From NCBI GenBank assembly GCA_963755025.1, contig CAVWIH010000014.1:160001-224000 (forward strand): a stretch of 64,000 nucleotides of DNA. The letters are read 5' to 3'. The translations under genes were made by a program, and so were the position numbers. The DNA is from an uncultured Actinomycetes bacterium. GTDB taxonomy: Bacteria > Actinomycetota > Thermoleophilia > UBA2241. Shown here in pieces: positions 41,004 to 50,147 of this stretch (position 1 is the first letter of the stretch; each line of letters begins with the position of its first letter). Below the pieces are notes generated by a model. The model searched no databases. It had not been told where the DNA came from and was given only the letters and a program-made list of their open reading frames with translations.

Positions 41004-42828
41004 TTGAGACGCTCACTGCACCCGCTTCGCGCCCTCGGTCTGTGCGCCGTCATCGCCGTGGCCGGCGTGGCGGCGTGGGCCGCCCCGGCGGCCCACGCCG
41101 CCACCGCCGCCGGCCACGTGGGCCCGCTCAACCCGGCCTTCGTGGCCTATCAGCATGCGCTTCGCGCCATGAGCCCGAACGCGACCCTCAAGGGCCTCGC
41201 GCCGTCGTCGGTCGACCCGCGACCGTGGGCCGACGCCGCCTTGGCGCTGGGGCCGCTGGCCCTGGTCGTCCTACGACCCTACCTACGACCTGCGGACACT
41301 CGGCAGGGTGACCGCTGATCCGCGACCAGGACCCACTTAAGCATCTGCTGGGTCTTCGCCAGCCTGGGATCGCTCGAGTCGTCACTTCTGCCCTCCGACA
41401 CCGAAGACTTCAGCGAAGACAACTTGGCGCTTGCAGCCGCCAACGATTTCGGCACCGGCCTCTATCGGCCGCGGCAACTTCTACATGACGACCGCCGAGC
41501 TCGCGCGCTGGAACGGCCCCGTCGACCAGTCAGTCCGAACCATACGGCGACGGATATCGTTCGTCTCGGGCCTGCCGGCGCTCGCGCACGTTCAGAACGT
41601 CCTCTTCCTGCCCGACCGCACGGGTTACACCGGCGACGCCAACGACACCATCAAGTGGGCGGTCGAGAACTACGGCGCCGTCTACACCGGGCATGTACGC
41701 CGACCCCGGCATGAGACATCGAAGCGCTCCTCCTACTTACAACACGCGACCACGCCTACTACTACAACGGTCACGGCGGGCGCCGACCACGCCGTCGACA
41801 TCGTCGGCTGGGACGACGACTACGCTCCGACGAACTTCAGCGCCGACGACCGCCAGCCGACAACGGCGCCTTCATCGTGCGCAACAGCTGGGTCGTCGGC
41901 CAACGGCGACTGGTCGGCGAGCATAGCGGCTATTTCTATGTCTCCTACGATGACGTGCAGATCGGCAACGGGCATGGCCGTGTTTACCGGCGAGTCCACC
42001 GCACGATTACGCGCAGAACCTCGGCTACGACACGATCGGCCTCACCAATGACTACGGGTTCACTGACGGGCAGGGGAACCCCAGTGACACGGCCTGGATG
42101 GCAGCCGGCTTCACACTGAAGGGCGACAGCCCAATCGAGGCGGCCTCGTTTTACGCCCAAAGCCCTGAACACCGACTATGACATCTATGTGGCATCCAAC
42201 CTCGACGACAAGTCCACCTGGTCGGAGCTTGCCTCGGGCACCATCGCCGTGCCCGGCTACCGCACCATCCCGTTCCCAGCGCAGTCGCAGCCGATCGAGA
42301 AGGCGGCCGAGCGTTTCTTCTTGGTCGTCCATCTGACGACCCCTGACTACCGACTATCCCATCCCGCTCGAAGACGACCAGACCTACCCATCGAGCAAGG
42401 CCACGTCTGCTGCGGGCGACAGTTTCGTTAGCGCTGACGGGTCGGCCGGTGGCTGGGGTGACATTGGCGCGGAGGGAGCCGACGTATGCCTAAAGCTCTT
42501 CGCCGGCACCGCGACACCCGACCCCTTCAAGCCCGTCACGAGGGCGCTCGCCGCCGTCACCGTGAAGCGCGGCGCTTATGCGACCCTGCGCTACCGGGTG
42601 AACGATCAGACCACCGGCGACAAAGAGAAGGTCACGATCAAGCTGCGCACCATGTCGGGGCGCTGCGTGAAGACGCTGGCCCTGGGCTGGCGGGCGGCCA
42701 ACGCCTCGCTCACCTACAAGTTCCGCTGCCTGCTGCCGCGCGCCGCCTATCGCTACTGCGTCTACGCCACCGACCGCTGGGGCAACGCGCAGACCTCGGT
42801 CGGCCGCGCGTCGCTGACCGTCAGGTAG
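41004..42828 (+). pseudogene. Secreted C1A (papain-like) cysteine peptidase with lectin-like and C-terminal Ig-like domains, broken by many indels
   Basis: Signal peptide; YDLR...RDQ...CWVFA (Cys 41346-41348), DHAVDIVGWDD (His 41788-41790), RNSW (Asn 41883-41885) and GYFYVSYDD, spread across shifting frames. Confidence 0.8.
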
Positions 42829-42906
42829 CGCAGCGGGCAAGACGACTTGCGGCGTTGCGCCACTCGCGCCCGCCGCGGTGCGTCGCGACGGCCCCACGAA
42901 AAAACA

Positions 42907-42950
42907 AGGCGGGGGCGGCTCCCTCTTTGGGGAGCCGCCCCCGCCTCTTT
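42907..42950. terminator. Bidirectional intrinsic terminator
   Basis: 17-bp stem AGGCGGGGGCGGCTCCC / GGGAGCCGCCCCCGCCT with an A-tract before and CTTT after, between convergent genes. Confidence 0.85.
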
Positions 42951-42998
42951 CAAAGGGTCGCCGGCCCGCTCGCCCCGCTCAGGCCAAACGCGTCACTC

Positions 42999-43196
42999 TC
43001 ACTGCGGAGCGGTGCTCGGCGCGTGCGTGCAGCCGGTGTGCGGCGCCGGCGTGCGAGTGGCCGCCGTCGTCGGGACCGAGGTGGTCGTCGATGCCGATGT
43101 CCTGGCCCCGTTGCTGCCGAACGCGGTCGGCACGAGCCAGACGGCCAGAGCCAGGACCACGACGGCGAGCATGACGGTGAGTACTCTCTTGGACAT
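42999..43196 (-). CDS. Small secreted Thr/Ser-rich protein (65 aa)
   Basis: Strong RBS AAGGAGGG; signal peptide MSKRVLTVMLAVVVLALAVWLVPTAFG; ends HTGCTHAPSTAPQ; terminator downstream. Confidence 0.7.
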   Translation of the reverse strand: MSKRVLTVMLAVVVLALAVWLVPTAFGSNGARTSASTTTSVPTTAATRTPAPHTGCTHAPSTAPQ

Positions 43197-43399
43197 GAGT
43201 CCCTCCTTGCTTACAGTGCTGGTCGCCTTCTTCCCCCGGCGTGCCACTCCCACCGCTCCGCCGCATTAAGAGATGTTCACCAGACTGTGAGGCCGCTGCG
43301 GACTTGCTGGGCGTGCGCTTGGGAACCCACGCGCGGCGCGGCGCGGCGAGCCCGACGAAGTCACCGCGCCCGGCGGCGGCGCGGACCGTGTACACTGAG

Positions 43400-43439
43400 A
43401 GCGAGCCGCGGCGGCGCCGCCGCGCCGCCGCGGCTCGCT
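43400..43439 (+). promoter_or_regulatory. Perfect 18-bp stem-loop at the start of the typA leader
   Basis: AGCGAGCCGCGGCGGCGC-CGCC-GCGCCGCCGCGGCTCGCT, immediately after a TACACT -10 (43391-43396). Confidence 0.6.
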
Positions 43440-43483
43440 TCTCCTGCACGTCCACCCGAAACGCCGACAGAGAGCCTTTTGCC

Positions 43484-45519
43484 ATGCATGCCCCAGCCAA
43501 CATCCGCAACCTCGCCATCATCGCCCACATCGACCACGGCAAGACCACGCTGATCGACGCCATCTTCCGCGCCGCCCGCGTGTTTCGCGAGAACGCCCAC
43601 GTCGAGGAGCGCGTCATGGACAGCAACGACCTCGAGCGCGAGCGCGGCATCACGATCCGCAGCAAACACTGCACGGTGGAGTGGCAGGACTACCTCATCA
43701 ACATCATCGACACCCCCGGTCACGCCGACTTCAGCGGCGAGGTCGAACGGGTGCTCAGCATGGTCGACTCGGTGCTCCTGCTGGTCGACGCCAACGAAGG
43801 CCCCATGCCCCAGACCCGCTACGTGCTCATGCGCGCGCTACGCCTGGGACTGCGACCCATCGTCATCGTCAACAAGGCCGACCGGCCCAACGCCGACCCG
43901 TCGGGCGCGCTCGACGCCACGTTCGACCTGTTCGTCGAGCTGGGCGCCGCCAACGAGCAGCTCGACTTTCCCGTGCTCTACGGCTCGGGCCTCGAGGGCT
44001 GGATCGTCAACGACATCGAGGAGTACCGCCGCGAGGAGCGCGACCGCGAAGCGCACCTGGCCGACGGCGGCACGCTTTCGCCGGCCATGCGCGCCGAGCT
44101 CGCCGCGCGCGGCATGCGCGACCTGTTCGAGACCATCGTGGCCTCGGTGCCGGCCCCCAAGGTCGACCTCGACGCGCCGTTCCTCATGCAGGTCAGCACG
44201 CTGGCCTGGAGCGACTACATCGGGCGCATCGGCTGTGGCCGCGTGCTGCGGGGCCGCCTGGCCGTCGGCGACGAGCTGCGCCGCATAGAGACGCGCCACA
44301 CCGCCGACCCGGCCAGCCCCGACGCGACCGCGTCCGCAACGCCGGCCGCGTCGGCGGCCCGCGCCGCGTCATCGCTCGCGGCGCCCGGCGCGCCGCTCGA
44401 AGAAGAAGCCTGGGAGGTCGTCGGCGACCAGACCGCGCGCGTCACCCACCTGTGGGTCACCCACGGCCTCGAGAACCGCGAGATCCAGGACATCAACGCC
44501 GGCGACATCGTCTGGCTGGCCGGCCCCGACGAGATCGCCATCGGCGACACGCTGGCCGCGCCCGAGCTCGAACCCGCCGCCGTCGCCCTGCCGCCGCTCG
44601 AGATCGAAGAGCCGACCGTCAGCATGTTCTTCCTGGTCAACAACGGTCCCTTCGCCGGCGAAGACGGCCGCGCTGCGACCCTGCGCCAGATCAAGGACCG
44701 CCTGCAGCGCGAGCTGCGCGTCAACGTCGCGCTGCGCGTCGAAGACCTGGGGCGCCCCGACGGCGTCAAGGTCTCGGGCGCGGCGAGCTGCACCTCGCCA
44801 TCCTCATCGAGGAGATGCGCCGCGAGGGCATGGAGCTGTGCGTCTCCAAGCCCGAGGTGATCACCCGACGCGACGCGCGCGGCCACCTGCAGGAGCCCCT
44901 CGAGGAGCTCGTCATCGACGTGCCCGGCGAGTACCAGGGCACCGTGATCCAGGCGCTCAGCCTGCGCAAGGGCGAGCTCACCGGCATGCACGCCAGCCTC
45001 ACCGGCTTGGTGCGCCTCGAGTTCACCATCACCACGCGCGGCCTGATCGGCTACCGCAACGAGTTCCTCACCGAGACCCGCGGCCTGGGCGTCATGAGCT
45101 CGCGCTTCGTGGGCTACGGCCCCTGGGCCGGCGACCTGCCGGGCCGCGACCGCGGCTCGCTCGTGAGCCAGGCCGACGGCGAAGCCGCCGGCTACTCGCT
45201 CGAGAACCTGCAACAGCGGGCCACCATGTTCGTGGGCCCCATGGCGCGCGTCTACGAAGGCATGATCGTGGGCGAGAACTCGCGCGGCGACGACATGCTC
45301 TGCAACCCCACCAAGCGCAAGGCGCTGGGCAACTACCGCCAGTCCACCAAAGAGATCGACACCGGCCTCAAGGTGGTCCGCGTGCTCACCCTCGAAAGCG
45401 CCCTCGAGTGGATCGCCGACGACGAGCTCGTCGAGGTCACGCCCCAGTCGGTGCGGGTGCGCAAGCATATCCTGAGCTCCGAGGAGCGCAAGAAGGCCGC
45501 CAAGCGCGTCGCGGGGTAG
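43484..45519 (+). CDS. typA: Translational GTPase TypA/BipA, frameshift near 44777
   Basis: [58 protein letters not shown] and ELVEVTP. Confidence 0.95.
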
Positions 45520-45526
45520 CCAGCCG

Positions 45527-45574
45527 GCAGTCGCCCGGTAGCAGTCGCCCGGTAGCAGTCGCCGGGTAGCAGTC
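45527..45574. repeat. 3.5 x 14-bp tandem repeat after the typA stop
   Basis: GCAGTCGCC(C/G)GGTA at 45527, 45541 and 45555, partial at 45569. Confidence 0.85.
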
Positions 45575-45615
45575 TCCCGCCCCATCCTCCCCGGAGAGAC
45601 CGCTGGCCGGCCCCG

Positions 45616-45984
45616 TCAGCCGCAGGCGCAGCTCGGGCCGCGGTCGTGGCGATGCAGCTCCTCGACCGCTCCGGTAAAGGCGGCGAGCCCCTCCGAGAAG
45701 CGCCCCCAGTCGAGCGCATAGTAGGTGCGGGCGCCTTCGCCCCGCGAGCACAGCAGGCCGGCGTCGCGCAGCACCGCCAGGTGGTGCGAGACGAGCGGCT
45801 GGCTCATGCCCAGGTGCGCCGTGATCTCGCAGACGCAGCGCTCGCCCCCCAGCAACTGCTCCACGATGGCCGCCCGGGTCGGGCTGGCGAGCGCCTTGAA
45901 CTGGGGCACGAACCCGGTCAGCGGCGTGGCTGCACCGGCCAGTACACCGTCACGGCGCTCCTGCGTCGGTCGTTCGCTCCTCAC
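45616..45984 (-). CDS. arsR: ArsR/SmtB family repressor
   Basis: [34 protein letters not shown] and C-terminal SCACG. The GTG start overlaps the acr3 TGA. Confidence 0.88.
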   Translation of the reverse strand: MRSERPTQERRDGVLAGAATPLTGFVPQFKALASPTRAAIVEQLLGGERCVCEITAHLGMSQPLVSHHLAVLRDAGLLCSRGEGARTYYALDWGRFSEGLAAFTGAVEELHRHDRGPSCACG

Positions 45985-47082
45985 GTCGCCTCCCCACCGA
46001 GCGGCGCCGCCGCGGGCGTCGCAAAGAACCGCCGCCGCAGCAGCAGCGCCACGTTGACCAGGCCGATCATGACCGGCACCTCGACCAGCGGCCCGACGAC
46101 GGCGGCGAACGCCACGCCCGAACCTATGCCGAAGACCGCCACCGACACGGCGATGGCCAGCTCGAAGTTGTTGCTGGCCGCCGTGAACGACAGCGTCGCA
46201 GTCTTTGGATAGTCGGCGCCGATGCGTGTGGCCCAGGTAAAAGCTCACCAGGAACATCACGACGAAGTAGATCAGCAGCGGCACCGCGACCCTGACCACG
46301 TCGAGCGGCAGCCGCACGATCACGTCGCCCTTGTAGCTGAACATCACGAAGATGGTGAACAGCAGCGCCACCAGGGTGAGCGGGCTGGTGCGCGGAATGA
46401 ACACCTGCTCGTACCAGTCGCGGCCCTTCACCTTGAGGCCGACGTAGCGCGTCGCCATGCCGGCCAGGAAAGGGATGCCGAGATAGACGAACACGCTGCG
46501 CGCCATCTGGCCGATCGAGATGTCGACCGCGGCGCCGCGCAGGCCGAACAGCGGCGGCAGCCTGGTCACGAACACCCAGGCGAAGAGGCTGTAGAACAGC
46601 ACCTGGAAGACGCTGTTGAAGGCGACAAGGCCGGCGGCGTACTCGGTGTCGCCCGCGGCAAGCTGGTTCCAGACGAGCACCATGGCGATGCAGCGCGCCA
46701 GGCCGATCAGGATGACGCCGACCATGAGCTGCGGATAGTCGTGCAGAAAGACGATCGCCAGGAAGAACATGAGCACGGGGCCGATCACCCAGTTCTGCAC
46801 CAGCGACAGGCCGAGGACGCGGTAGTCGCGAAACACGTCGCCCAGCTCCTCGTAGCGCACCTTGGCGAGCGGCGGATACATCATCACGATGAGCCCGACG
46901 GCGATCGGCAGGTTGGTGGCGCCGACCTGGAAGTGCCCCCAGAACTACTTGATCTGCGGCGCCGCCCAACCCACCCCCACGCCGACCATCATGGCCAGAA
47001 AGATCCAGGCGGTCAGGTAGCGGTCGAGGAACGAGAGGCGCTTCCTTGCCACCGATGCCACCGATGCCGCCGCCATCGCCAT
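45981..47082 (-). CDS. acr3: Acr3 arsenite efflux transporter (in-frame TAG at 46945-46947 and frameshift near 46225)
   Basis: [42 protein letters not shown] and GPLVEVP. Confidence 0.88.
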
Positions 47083-47131
47083 GCCGCGCCTGCTCCTTCG
47101 TCCGAGACCCTCAACGGTGCCGTGGCTTGAT

Positions 47132-47171
47132 TGTCACATATACTTCTGTTTATGGTCAACTTCTGTTTATG
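47132..47171 (-). promoter_or_regulatory. Sigma70 promoter and putative ArsR operator of acr3-arsR
   Basis: AT-rich island with direct repeat ACTTCTGTTTATG (47142-47154, 47159-47171). The minus strand reads TTGACC-N18-GACAAT and has an imperfect dyad CATA...TATG. Confidence 0.65.
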
Positions 47172-47308
47172 CATTTGGCGCACTCACCGTCTTCTGACCG
47201 GGGGCGGGTAGGGTGTGTGCCAAGCCGGACGGAAGGAGGCGGTCGTGATCAGGCCCAGGATGTGGGACACACTCGCCGGGCGGTGAACGGGCGATGAAGA
47301 GGCTGACG

Positions 47309-48067
47309 ATGAGCAGTCCGCTCGCCGTGTTCTCGGACGTGCACGGCAATCTGCCGGGCCTCGAGGCGATCCTCGCCGACATCGCGAGCCGCGGCGCCAC
47401 GAGCGTTCTCTGCCTGGGCGACCTGGTGGGCTATGGCCCGTTCCCCAACGAGGTCGCCGCGCTGGTGCGCGACCGCGGCATCCCGACCGTCATGGGCAAC
47501 TACGACCAGGGCATCGGCTTTGCCACCGGCGACTGCGGCTGCGTCTACAAGACCGACGAGCAGCGCGCCGAGGGCGCCGCGTCGCTCGCCTGGACCGAGC
47601 AGGCCGCGAGCCCCGAGACCCGCGACTATCTGCGCACCCTCGAAGACCGCTTCGTGATCGAGACGCCGGCCGGCGAGCTGCTCGCCGTGCACGGCAGCCC
47701 GCGGCGCATCAACGAGTACCTCTTCGCCGATCGCCCCGATTCGTCGCTCGCGCGCATCGCCGCAGCCGAACCCTACCGCGCCATCGTCTTCGGGCACACC
47801 CACCTGCCCTACGCGCGCGAGAGCGGCGGCACGACCTTCGTGAATGTGGGCAGCGCCGGACGGCCCAAGGACGGCGACTGGCGGGTCTGCTACGCGCTGA
47901 TCGACCTCCGGCCGGCGGGCGCCGGCGGTCTCGCCGTCGAGTTCGTGCGCCTCGCCTTCGACTACGAGCGCCTCGCCGCGGCGCTGGCGCGCACGACGCT
48001 GACGACGACCTTCGACGGGCCCCCCGCCACGGCCGCGGAGACCTCTGCCGCGGTCGACGTTCGCTAG
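47309..48067 (+). CDS. Metallophosphoesterase (calcineurin-like)
   Basis: SDVHGN, LGDLVGYG, GNYD, HGSP, GHTH and NVGSAG, plus an extra DCGC motif. Confidence 0.9.
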   Translation: MSSPLAVFSDVHGNLPGLEAILADIASRGATSVLCLGDLVGYGPFPNEVAALVRDRGIPTVMGNYDQGIGFATGDCGCVYKTDEQRAEGAASLAWTEQAASPETRDYLRTLEDRFVIETPAGELLAVHGSPRRINEYLFADRPDSSLARIAAAEPYRAIVFGHTHLPYARESGGTTFVNVGSAGRPKDGDWRVCYALIDLRPAGAGGLAVEFVRLAFDYERLAAALARTTLTTTFDGPPATAAETSAAVDVR

Positions 48068-48143
48068 CGCCGCCGCCAGCACCGCCGGGCAGCACGGGGG
48101 AGTCGCCGGTCGGCGCCGCGTGCGGAGCGCCCCGGCCTTGCGC

Positions 48144-50147
48144 TTACGAAGCCTCGTCGATGGCGGCGGCGAACTGGGCGTTGTACAGGTCGTAATAGAA
48201 GCCGTGCAGCTCCAGCAGCTCCTCGTGGCTGCCCTGCTCGACGATGTGGCCGTGGTCCATGCAGAGGATGATGTCGGCGCCGCGGATCGTCGACAGCCGG
48301 TGGGCGATGACAAAGCTCGTGCGGTCCCTCATGAGCTCGTTCATGGCCTGTTGGATCAGCACCTCTGTGCGCGTATCGACCGAGCTCGTGGCCTCGTCGA
48401 GGATGAGGATGTCGGGGTCGGCCAGGAACGCCCGCGCGATCGTCAGCAGCTGTTTCTCGCCTTACGACACCGACGTCGCGCTCTCGTCGAGCACCGTGTC
48501 GTAGCCGTGCGGTAGCGTCCGCACAAAGTGGTCGACCCGAGCCGCCTTGGCCGCGGCCAGCAGGCGCTCCTCGGTCGCGCCGTCGCGCCCGTAGTTGATG
48601 TTGTCGCGCACGGTGCCGCTGAACAGCCAGGTGTCCTGGAGCACCATGCCGAACATGCGGCGCAGGTCGCTACGTGACATCTGCCGCGTATCGACGCCGT
48701 CGAGCTTGATGCGTCCGACGTCGATCTCGTAGAAGCGCAGCAACAGGTTAACCAGGGTGGTCTTGCCCGCCCCGGTGGGCCCGACGATGGCCACCGTCTG
48801 GCCGGGCGCGACGTCGAGGTGGAGGTCGCCGATCAGCGGCTGGTCGGCGACGTAGCGGAACGAGACGTCCTCGAAGGTGATGTGGCCGCTCGCGTTCTCG
48901 AGCCTGACGGGGACGGCGGGGTCGGGCTCTTCCTCGGTCTCGTCGAGCAGTTCGAAGACGCGCTCCGACGACGCCGCGGTCGACTGCAGGACGTTCACGA
49001 TGCTGGCCACCTGGGTGATCGGCTGGGTGAACTGCCGCGAGTACTGGAAGAAGGCCTGCACGTCGCCGAGCGAAAGCGTGCCGCTGGCCACCTTGATGCC
49101 GCCGATGACGGCGATGGAGACGTAGTTCAGGTTGCTCACGAACATCATGACCGGCTGGATGATGCCCGAGATGAACTGCGCCCCGAAGCTCGCCCGGTAG
49201 AGGCCCTCGTTGCGCTCGTCGAACTGGTCGATGGCCTCATCCTGGTGGCCGAAGACCTTGACGACGTTGTGGCCGGTGAACATCTCCTCGACGTGGCCGC
49301 CCACGTCGCCGGTGCGCTTCCATTGCACGGCGAACAGCTTCTGCGACCGGCGCGCGATCACGATCGTGATCGCGAATGAGATCGGCACGACGATCACGGA
49401 GATCACCGCCAGCAACGGGCTGATCGAGAACATCATGATGAGCACGCCGACAATGGTGAGCACCGACGTGATGAGCGTGGTGATCGACTGCTGCAGCGAC
49501 TGCGCAATGTTGTCGAGGTCGTTCGTGAGGCGGGACAGCACGTCGCCGTGCGGATGGTCGTCGAAGTAACGCAGCGGCAGGCGCCCCAGCTTCTCGTCGG
49601 CGGCGCGCCGCAGCCGATAGACCGTGCGCTGCGCTATCCCCACCGTGAGGAACTGCCGGCCCCAGCCGAACACCGCGCTCGCCAGATAGATGCCGACGGC
49701 CAGCAGCAGCGTCAGTTCGAGCGCGTGGAAGTCGATCCCGTGGCCGGGGTGCAGGTTCATGCCCTGCATCATGTCGGCGTAGCGCCCCTGACCATGTGCC
49801 CGCGCGTACGCGACCGCTTGGGCCTTCGTCGTCCCGGCAGGGATCCGTTTGGAAAACACGCCGTCGAAGATGATGTTGGTGGCGTGGCCCAGCACGCGCG
49901 GTCCGATGACCACAAAGACGACGCTCACGACGCCGAGTACCACCATGCCGCCGAGGCGCAGTCTCTCCGGGCGCATCGTCTTGACGAGACGGCGCATCGT
50001 GCCCCAGAAGTCGCGCGCTTTCTCTGTTGGCGTGACGAGGGCTTGGCCCGGCCCGCCGGGCCCGCCCCGGCGCTGTCCCGGTCCCAAGCCCCGGCCCGCC
50101 GGCGCCGACGTGCCGCTGTCGTTGCCGTTTGTACGTTCGTCGCTCAC
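48144..50147 (-). CDS. ABC exporter, fused permease/ATPase subunit B (frameshift near 48462)
   Basis: GPTGAGKTT and MVLQD; [10 protein letters not shown] and IAHRLSTI in the next frame. Confidence 0.9.

Noticed and set aside
41004-42828. Diversity-generating retroelement target
   Set aside because: No reverse transcriptase or template/variable repeat pair is in the window, and the lesions are indels rather than adenine-specific substitutions.
45616-46887. Acr3-ArsR fusion protein suggested by the ORF track
   Set aside because: The Acr3 C-terminus ([15 protein letters not shown]) is in another frame ending at TGA 45981. The fusion arises from an indel near 46225.
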